From: a virus
Length of the DNA: 12,602 nt
Virus record (IMG/VR): IMGVR_UViG_3300045988_094612
Coordinates: 1 to 12,602 of that record
Strand: one strand, 5' to 3'
The notes under the pieces are model-generated. The model did not search any database. It worked only from the letters and a program-made list of their open reading frames with translations, and was not told the DNA's origin. The translations under genes and the position numbers were made by a program. This document shows positions 6,659-12,602 of the stretch, one piece after another (positions within the stretch are counted from its first letter, which is position 1; the number at the start of each line of letters is the position of its first letter).

Positions 6659-6898
6659 TTGATAGTCTTAACAGGAACTGTGGGAATACAACAAATCGAG
6701 TCTATTATAGGAATTATTAGTGTATCTTTATCAGTTCTATGGATTTTGTTCAAGTTGGCCTTAAAAGTGTACCAAGCTCTTAAGAATAAAGACTATAGCA
6801 ACTTAGAGAACAACATTAATAAGACTAAAGAAGAACTCGACAAGATTAAAGAAGACTTAGAAAGCAGGAGAGAAAATGGCGGACAAGATACCGAATAG
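6659..6898 (+). CDS. Small membrane protein (79 aa): an N-terminal transmembrane helix plus a charged coiled-coil tail. Candidate holin.
   Basis: The hydrophobic segment IIGIISVSLSVLWILFKLAL is followed by a K/E-rich C-terminus. The ORF has no in-frame ATG, so the start is presumably TTG 6659 (no SD) or GTG 6680. Its stop overlaps the connector gene start. Confidence 0.4.
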   Translation: MIVLTGTVGIQQIESIIGIISVSLSVLWILFKLALKVYQALKNKDYSNLENNINKTKEELDKIKEDLESRRENGGQDTE

Positions 6899-7889
6899 GC
6901 AAGATTGGAGTTATGAAAAATTATTAGGTTGTAATAGAAACCCATTGAAAGACAAAGAGCGCTTAGTATGTCAACACAAAAGTTACATGTTATCACGTCT
7001 TAATCAGTTGTTTGAATGGGACGGCTTACCAGAGACAATACCACAAAAAGAGTTTGAATGGATATTATTAATGCAGGGCAAAGCAACTATTGCCGACGTA
7101 CCTAACAAAGGCTTATATGCTTTTCAATCCAACTTAGGAGGTATCTTGAACCCTTACTACTTACCTACTCAGTCAATTGTAGTCAATCCTTACTTACCAT
7201 TTAACAAGGTACTTGAGGTTGATAAAGATTGTGTTGTAATTCGTAACACTTCAACATTTACTCCTATTAATGATATGTTAGATTTATACGCTAACATGCT
7301 AGCCGAGATTGATATATCTTTAAGAATTGCTACCGTTAATAGTCGTATTAGTTCTCTTATATCCGTAGGAGACGAAGCGACCAAAGATAGTGCTACGAAG
7401 TTCTTAGAAGATATAGAAAAAGGCAAGCTAGGAGTTATAGCTACTAACAAATTCATGGAGAGTCTTAAAGGTGGTCTTAATGCAATTCAATATGCAGGTA
7501 CTATTAGTAACATTCAGGACCTTATAGAATTAAGACAGTACATCTTAGCTACGTGGTTTAACCAACTTGGCTTAAACGCTAACTATAATATGAAACGTGA
7601 AGCTATCAACGAGAGCGAGGCTGATTTAAACGAAGAGGCTTTAATGCCATTGATAGACGATATGTTGCAATGTAGACAAGAGGGAGCCGAGAAAGTTAAT
7701 GCTATGTTTGGTACTAATCTTAGTGTTAAACTCAACTCTTCATGGAAGCTCCAAAGAAAAGAAATAGAAACATCTATGGAACTTGCCGAGAAAGAATTAA
7801 ATACCGAAGAAAACGAAGAAACACAAGAAGAGGGAGAAAGTAAGGAAGAACCAACCGAAGACAAGGATAAAGAAAATGATAACGATTAA
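6876..7889 (+). CDS. Head-tail connector / portal protein, phi29 gp10-like (337 aa) with an acidic C-terminal tail
   Basis: LSRLNQLFEWDGLPETIP matches phi29 connector LAYQLFEWENLPPTI. The size is similar (phi29 309 aa). SD AGGAGA upstream. Confidence 0.8.
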   Translation: MADKIPNRQDWSYEKLLGCNRNPLKDKERLVCQHKSYMLSRLNQLFEWDGLPETIPQKEFEWILLMQGKATIADVPNKGLYAFQSNLGGILNPYYLPTQSIVVNPYLPFNKVLEVDKDCVVIRNTSTFTPINDMLDLYANMLAEIDISLRIATVNSRISSLISVGDEATKDSATKFLEDIEKGKLGVIATNKFMESLKGGLNAIQYAGTISNIQDLIELRQYILATWFNQLGLNANYNMKREAINESEADLNEEALMPLIDDMLQCRQEGAEKVNAMFGTNLSVKLNSSWKLQRKEIETSMELAEKELNTEENEETQEEGESKEEPTEDKDKENDND

Positions 7890-8652
7890 AGATTATTTTG
7901 AACCATTAATGATGGACGATACCGAGGAAACAACCGGAATATTTAGAGCACTTGAAGAGGTAGTAAAAAGTCTAACTACACCTGACGAGATTTTAACAAA
8001 AATCTTTGATGGTAAAGGTAGTGTACTTGATATGGACTATGTCTATACACACGCATACTCTAAATGGTGTGCTTTTATACTAGAGAGATTAACTGAGTTT
8101 GTTAAAACTCTAATGCCATCTATTAGTGACAATAGAGCAAAAGTACTTACATTAGGAACACAAATCGCACCGTTATTATTAACTCGTTTCTCCGAGATTT
8201 GGAAGAAAAAGTATGTAGCTATTACCGCCGATTACACTCCAACAAACGACTACAAAGAGAATGAGAAAGTTGATTACACTTCCCACGGTGTTGATACTCC
8301 TCAAACTACTACAACGAGTAAAACGAGTACTGACACTACTCAGTCAACTAGTGTAACTCAAAATGCTAATACATATGCTTTTGATAGTATAAGTGAGACT
8401 CCTACCGCTCTCAACACAGGTGACCAAAGTGTCAATAGTACGGGTGCTCCTGATAAAAACTATACTGAGACTACCACAGGTGGAACCAATACAAGTGATG
8501 TCAACAGCACTAACACAATCACTAGGGAGGGAAAACACGGCTCAACCAACTATAGTGTATTAATTGAAAACGAGCTTAAACTACGTGAATACGATTTTTA
8601 TCAAGAGATGTTCAAAGATATTGATAGTATATTAACGTTATCAATTTATTAG
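7876..8652 (+). CDS. Structural protein (258 aa): a helical N-terminal half and a Thr/Ser/Asn-rich low-complexity C-terminal half. Possible lower-collar or head-fibre analogue.
   Basis: ORF coupled to the connector gene (start lies within the connector's last codons). About 110 residues are greater than 45% T/S/N. There is no recognisable motif; the assignment rests on position only. Confidence 0.4.
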   Translation: MITIKDYFEPLMMDDTEETTGIFRALEEVVKSLTTPDEILTKIFDGKGSVLDMDYVYTHAYSKWCAFILERLTEFVKTLMPSISDNRAKVLTLGTQIAPLLLTRFSEIWKKKYVAITADYTPTNDYKENEKVDYTSHGVDTPQTTTTSKTSTDTTQSTSVTQNANTYAFDSISETPTALNTGDQSVNSTGAPDKNYTETTTGGTNTSDVNSTNTITREGKHGSTNYSVLIENELKLREYDFYQEMFKDIDSILTLSIY

Positions 8653-8668
8653 AAGGGAGGACACAAAA

Positions 8669-8932
8669 TTGTACGTAGGAGGATATTTATTAATTAGCCT
8701 ACCTTTTGAAGCTAAGGCAGGCACACACAAAGTAGATGGTATCTACAATAGACTTGAAAGTAACTTATACAAAGCAACTAGGGTTAATGGGTTATACAAC
8801 ACAGTTGGACAAATTAGTGATTTTTATGTAACTTTTGTATTAACCACTGGTAATTATGTAGCAAAAGTTAATAGTACCGTAGGAATTACTACTATTACAA
8901 TTAAACCAACTGACGAGGTAGTATTTGCATAA
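8669..8932 (+). CDS. Small beta-rich structural protein (87 aa), TTG start
   Basis: Strong SD AAGGGAGG (8653..8660) lies 8 nt upstream of TTG 8669. The ORF has no in-frame ATG before residue 1. Confidence 0.5.
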   Translation: MYVGGYLLISLPFEAKAGTHKVDGIYNRLESNLYKATRVNGLYNTVGQISDFYVTFVLTTGNYVAKVNSTVGITTITIKPTDEVVFA

Positions 8933-9237
8933 TGGGTGGAATAATTGAAATAACAATACCTTATGAATTATGGGATAACACTAATACGTACCCTATACAA
9001 TTACCAAAAGGTACATATAAGTCTTTAATTGAAACACCTAGCAAAGTTTTATATATTCATGTTGTAGAATCTAAGACAAAGGATGTAGATTACACAGGTA
9101 GAGAATATATCTTAAACACTTTAGAAGCAATTACAACACTTGAAACAAATGAAAATTCAATAGATATTAGTATCGGCTTTAACAATATCGCTAACGAGTT
9201 TTTTATCACATCGGACGATACTATAAGCTATAAATAA
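8932..9237 (+). CDS. Small structural protein (101 aa), unknown function
   Basis: TAATG overlap with the previous gene. The composition is beta-rich. It sits immediately upstream of the major capsid gene but does not look like a helical scaffold. Confidence 0.5.
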   Translation: MGGIIEITIPYELWDNTNTYPIQLPKGTYKSLIETPSKVLYIHVVESKTKDVDYTGREYILNTLEAITTLETNENSIDISIGFNNIANEFFITSDDTISYK

Positions 9238-9265
9238 ATTTGAAAAGGAGGAATATATATTTTAA

Positions 9266-10411
9266 ATGACAGTAAAACAAATTTATGAATTAGTAAACGC
9301 AAGTACAAAACAAGTATTAGGAGAAACTGCTATCCTTACTGAAGATTTATCCAATGTCATTGATATTGGTACTGAAATCTTTAACGCTAACGCAGTAGAT
9401 AACTATGTCAAAACTTTAGTTGATAGAATTGGTAAAGTTATCTTTGTTAATAGACCCTATAGTGGTTCTATCCCTTCAGTCTTAATGGACTCATGGGAGT
9501 ACGGTTCAGTCACTGAAAAAATTCAAATGGATTTACCTGAAGCCGAAGTCAACGAGTCATGGGAATTACAAGATAGAGCTACTTATGACCAAAACTACTT
9601 CTATCAACCAAAAATCTCTGTTAAGTTCTTTAATAAGATGGTAACTTTTGAAGTTCCAATGTCAATCACTGAAAGACAAGTTCAAGAAAGCTTTACCTCA
9701 GCTCAAGCTTTAGGAAGCTTTGTTGGCATGATTTGGACAATGATTGAAAACTCCATGACCGTTAAACTTGATAGTTTAATCTTAATGACTATCAATAATA
9801 TGATTAGCTTAACTGACTTAGCTAACGGTGGCGGAGAAGCTCAACACGTCCATTTATTAACTGAATATAAAGCTCTCAATCCTGACTTTACAAAAACAGG
9901 TGAAGCTGCAATGACTGATTTAGGTTTCTTAAAATATGCCGCTTTTAGAATTAAATTAGTAGCAGGTCGAATGACTCAATATTCGGATGTCTTTAACGCT
10001 GAAAAGAAATCAAGACACACACCTAAGGATTTAATGCACATTGTATTATTATCCGACTTTAAAAATGCAGCGGATGTATATTTACAATCTGATACATTCC
10101 ACAATGAACTATCAGCTTTACCAAATAGTGAAACAGTTCAATATTGGCAAGGTTCAGGTAATGGTAGTGACGCATTTACATTCGCTAATACATCCAAGAT
10201 TAATATCAAAAACTCCAATGGCAATACATATACTAAGTCTAATATCATTGGCGTTATCTTTGATAGAGACGCATTAGGTGTTACTAAGAAAAATACACGT
10301 ATTCGCTCACACGTTGTTGATAAAGCTGAGTTCTACAACTATTGGTATAAAGCTGATGTAGGCTACTTCAACGACTTAAGCGAAAACTTCGTTTGCTTCT
10401 TAATTGATTAG
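9266..10411 (+). CDS. Major capsid protein, phi29 gp8-like (381 aa)
   Basis: YVKTLVDRIGKVIFVNR matches phi29 gp8 ITSLVDRIGLVVIRQ (recalled). The size and position fit, and the gene is followed by a strong terminator. SD GGAGGA upstream (13-nt spacing). Confidence 0.7.
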   Translation: MTVKQIYELVNASTKQVLGETAILTEDLSNVIDIGTEIFNANAVDNYVKTLVDRIGKVIFVNRPYSGSIPSVLMDSWEYGSVTEKIQMDLPEAEVNESWELQDRATYDQNYFYQPKISVKFFNKMVTFEVPMSITERQVQESFTSAQALGSFVGMIWTMIENSMTVKLDSLILMTINNMISLTDLANGGGEAQHVHLLTEYKALNPDFTKTGEAAMTDLGFLKYAAFRIKLVAGRMTQYSDVFNAEKKSRHTPKDLMHIVLLSDFKNAADVYLQSDTFHNELSALPNSETVQYWQGSGNGSDAFTFANTSKINIKNSNGNTYTKSNIIGVIFDRDALGVTKKNTRIRSHVVDKAEFYNYWYKADVGYFNDLSENFVCFLID

Positions 10412-10419
10412 TTGAAATT

Positions 10420-10450
10420 AGGGGGTATAGAAATATACCTCCTTTTCTTT
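10420..10450 (+). terminator. Rho-independent terminator: 10-bp stem AGGGGGTATA/TATACCTCCT with a GAAA tetraloop and a TTTCTTT tail
   Basis: Seen directly. The stem is 10420..10429 pairing with 10434..10443 (one G-U pair), the loop is GAAA, and a T-rich run follows. It lies just after the capsid gene stop. Confidence 0.7.
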
Positions 10451-10468
10451 AAATAAAAAGGAGAAAAT

Positions 10469-10690
10469 ATGAAATTAAAAGAAGTCTTAAAATTAATTAA
10501 CAATGAATTTATTAATTATACAATATACCGTGATAAAAAAGTTGTTGCTCACTTTTCTACAAGATACCAAAAAGAAGTAGAAGAGATAACAAGAAGATAC
10601 GGACACTATAACGTTACAAATATTGGAGCTTTCATAACTTGTGACTATGAATGTGTTGTGTCATTAACACTTGAGGAAGTATTGTTATGA
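10469..10690 (+). CDS. Small protein (73 aa), unknown function
   Basis: Good SD AAAAAGGAGA 7 nt upstream. ATGA overlap with the downstream tail gene. Confidence 0.55.
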   Translation: MKLKEVLKLINNEFINYTIYRDKKVVAHFSTRYQKEVEEITRRYGHYNVTNIGAFITCDYECVVSLTLEEVLL

Positions 10691-12519
10691 AGATAACTTT
10701 ATACCAAAATGTTAGTGAACATAACCAAATGGACAAGGATTTAACTAAAGTTAAAGATATTGACGGTAAGTTTAAACAATCCACTAATATTATGAGTCCT
10801 GTATTAGTATTGAGTTATGCAACACTTCCCGATTTTAATTATATATATATTGAAGAATTAGCTCGATATTATTTTGTTGACAGTATCACAAGTATTAACG
10901 AAGGGATATGGCAAATCAATTGTAGTGAGGATGTATTAGAGACTTACGGGATCGGGATATTAAATCTTACGGCATATGTAACTAGAAATGAAAATGAATA
11001 TAATGATTATATTATAGATAAATATCTTATAAAAACAGCTAAAAAACTATATGATATTATTACACCATTAGAAAATGAGACCGACGGAAGAAATTTATTT
11101 TTAAACAATAACACCTTTAATATAGATTTTACACATGATGGCGCCCCTGCGGAGCTATCTAGTGTAACGGACTCTTTTTGTTATACTATCTCAACTAGCA
11201 ATATGACTGGAGGCCCAATTTTATTTGACCCTGAAACAGGAGTACCTACAAGCTTAGATTATATGCAAGCTAGTATAGATAATAATCAATATTCCAAATA
11301 TGGTGTTACTCAATGGGGTAAACAATTTTATCACGATGGCTTTAATAAAGTATGGGCTTTAAATAATAATAACTTACAAGCTATAGGTTCTTTACTCAAA
11401 GCAAAAGTTACAGATGTAGAAAGTGGAAGAATGTATGAAAATCTAGGTCAAATGATAAATGGATTAAAAGTATATCCATTTTCTATACCTGAGTATTTTT
11501 ATCTATGTGGTATAAGTGTAGATAAACTACCACAAGGTAATTATGCGGATTACATGAAAAAAAAACAAGGAGATAACAAAAACATACAACCTATTACAAT
11601 AGGTAACACCGCAATTGAAAATCTAGTCACTTCCGAAAAAAACACTATAGGCCAATCAGCTAACTTATATGGTGCTCCACAATTAACAGGTTGGTTATTA
11701 CCGCACCAAATAATGAGTTGCAAACTAGCTACCTTTGGTTTTGATAATGACGCTATATTATACAATAATTATCTTGATTATGAACCTTATACACAATTAC
11801 AACTTTATGTTCCGTTCTTCGGTTATATAACTATTCCTACAAATGTAGTAATAGGTAACAAAATATATTTATATTTATCGGTAGATTTTATAACGGGACT
11901 AGGAACATTATATATCACAGTAGATATAAATGGTAAAGAAACTTTAATTAATACTCAAAATAGTAAAATTGCTTATGACCTCGCTTATGGTTCTACAAAT
12001 ATAAATGAATTAGAAAGACTAACCGAATTAACCAAATCTAGGGATGCGAACAGGACAATAAGTAACATAGTAGGGAATGCATTAAGTGTTCTAACAGCTA
12101 TACCAATTGGTACGGTAAATCCAATCGCAGGAGTTACAATGGGTTTAAGTGCTTTAGTCAATACCGCACGAGGAAGTTTTAGCGATATAACTACTTATTT
12201 TAATGATGTAGACTCCAGCGCTACGACTCCTTTAAATGGTAATACCGTTTCGGGGGGAGGATCCCAAAATGGGGCAAGCAATTTGATATCACCGCGTGGG
12301 ATATTTATACTAAGAGAAAGAGTAGAAGAATATAGACCAACTTCTAATTATGCTAAATTCTTAGGTAGACCGCTAGAGATACAAAAGAATATATCTAAAT
12401 TACATGGATTTACTAAAGTGGGTAGTGTTCGTATAGAGGGAGATGATTTTGCCAAAGCTACCGAGCAAGAAAAACAAACAATAGAACAAACCTTAAAAAA
12501 TGGTTTTATACTCAGGTGA
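10687..12519 (+). CDS. Tail knob / distal tail tube protein, phi29 gp9-like (610 aa)
   Basis: SPRGIFILRERVEEYR matches phi29 gp9 GYRGVYVIKKQLKAEYR (recalled). The Gly/Ala-rich hydrophobic segment NALSVLTAIPIGTVNPIAGVTMGLSALVNTA is analogous to the gp9 membrane-active loop. The size (phi29 599 aa) and the C-terminal pattern are similar. Confidence 0.65.
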   Translation: MKITLYQNVSEHNQMDKDLTKVKDIDGKFKQSTNIMSPVLVLSYATLPDFNYIYIEELARYYFVDSITSINEGIWQINCSEDVLETYGIGILNLTAYVTRNENEYNDYIIDKYLIKTAKKLYDIITPLENETDGRNLFLNNNTFNIDFTHDGAPAELSSVTDSFCYTISTSNMTGGPILFDPETGVPTSLDYMQASIDNNQYSKYGVTQWGKQFYHDGFNKVWALNNNNLQAIGSLLKAKVTDVESGRMYENLGQMINGLKVYPFSIPEYFYLCGISVDKLPQGNYADYMKKKQGDNKNIQPITIGNTAIENLVTSEKNTIGQSANLYGAPQLTGWLLPHQIMSCKLATFGFDNDAILYNNYLDYEPYTQLQLYVPFFGYITIPTNVVIGNKIYLYLSVDFITGLGTLYITVDINGKETLINTQNSKIAYDLAYGSTNINELERLTELTKSRDANRTISNIVGNALSVLTAIPIGTVNPIAGVTMGLSALVNTARGSFSDITTYFNDVDSSATTPLNGNTVSGGGSQNGASNLISPRGIFILRERVEEYRPTSNYAKFLGRPLEIQKNISKLHGFTKVGSVRIEGDDFAKATEQEKQTIEQTLKNGFILR

Positions 12520-12526
12520 TTATAGG

Positions 12527-12549
12527 CTCATGGGATTTACTCTCATGGG
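12527..12549. repeat. Direct repeat CTCATGGG (12527..12534 and 12542..12549) between the last gene and the right ITR
   Basis: Seen directly. GC-richer than the surroundings. Possible origin-proximal binding site. Confidence 0.5.
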
Positions 12550-12564
12550 CTTTTCAATTGTAAT

Positions 12565-12602
12565 AAATTCCCATCTCGCAGCGGGGGGGGGTTTGGATAT
12601 TT
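12565..12602. repeat. Right inverted terminal repeat: AATTCCCATCTCGCAGC-G10-TTTGGATATTT
   Basis: Reverse complement of 1..37, with one extra base in the homopolymer. Confidence 0.9.

Noticed and set aside
10041-10277. 78-aa + strand ORF nested inside the capsid gene
   Set aside because: It lies in an alternative frame within a homology-supported gene, has no SD, and has an odd composition.
2569-12519. Tectivirus-like (PRD1/Bam35) identity, which would also be linear, carry ITRs and use a protein-primed polymerase
   Set aside because: The structural genes resemble phi29 connector, gp8-type capsid, gp16-type ATPase and gp9 tail knob. They do not resemble a double-jelly-roll capsid with a membrane-protein set.
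1-12602. Mycoplasma-type genetic code (TGA read as Trp), considered because of the small size and AT richness, which are similar to Mycoplasma phage P1
   Set aside because: Every Trp in the conserved polymerase, ATPase and connector motifs is TGG. TGA occurs only at ORF ends (the 22-codon leader ORF, 1290, 10688, 12517). Strong AGGAGG SD sites point to a Firmicute host using the standard code.

Overview
The window appears to be a complete linear, protein-primed replicon of about 12.6 kb. It looks like a miniature phi29-like (Picovirinae/Salasmaviridae-type) podophage of a low-GC Gram-positive host. Every homology call below is made by eye against phi29 proteins recalled from memory, not by a database search. 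The supporting evidence is as follows.

- **Ends:** both ends carry the same roughly 37-nt sequence in inverted orientation: 5'-AAATATCCAAA-C(9/10)-GCTGCGAGATGGGAATT. They begin with a reiterated AAA, as in phi29 sliding-back initiation.
- **Coding:** all convincing genes are on the + strand and tightly packed, with many ATGA/TAATG overlaps, strong AGGAGG-type Shine-Dalgarno sites and the standard genetic code (Trp is always TGG; TGA is used as stop).
- **Gene order, left to right:**
  - a duplicated consensus sigma-A promoter module driving an early block of eight small unknown ORFs; the block includes a tandem pair of acidic paralogues and an SSB-like protein ending in the Firmicute SSB tip DDDLPF
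  - a putative terminal protein with two tandem AT-hook motifs
  - a protein-primed family-B DNA polymerase carrying all phi29-type motifs
  - a gp16-like packaging ATPase
  - a holin-like single-transmembrane protein
  - a gp10-like connector (portal)
  - three small or medium structural proteins of unknown function
  - a gp8-like major capsid protein, followed by a strong terminator
  - a small ORF
  - a gp9-like tail knob at the right end
- **Not recognisable:** lower collar, appendages (tail fibres), endolysin and a pRNA.

The points most worth a second look are listed as findings.
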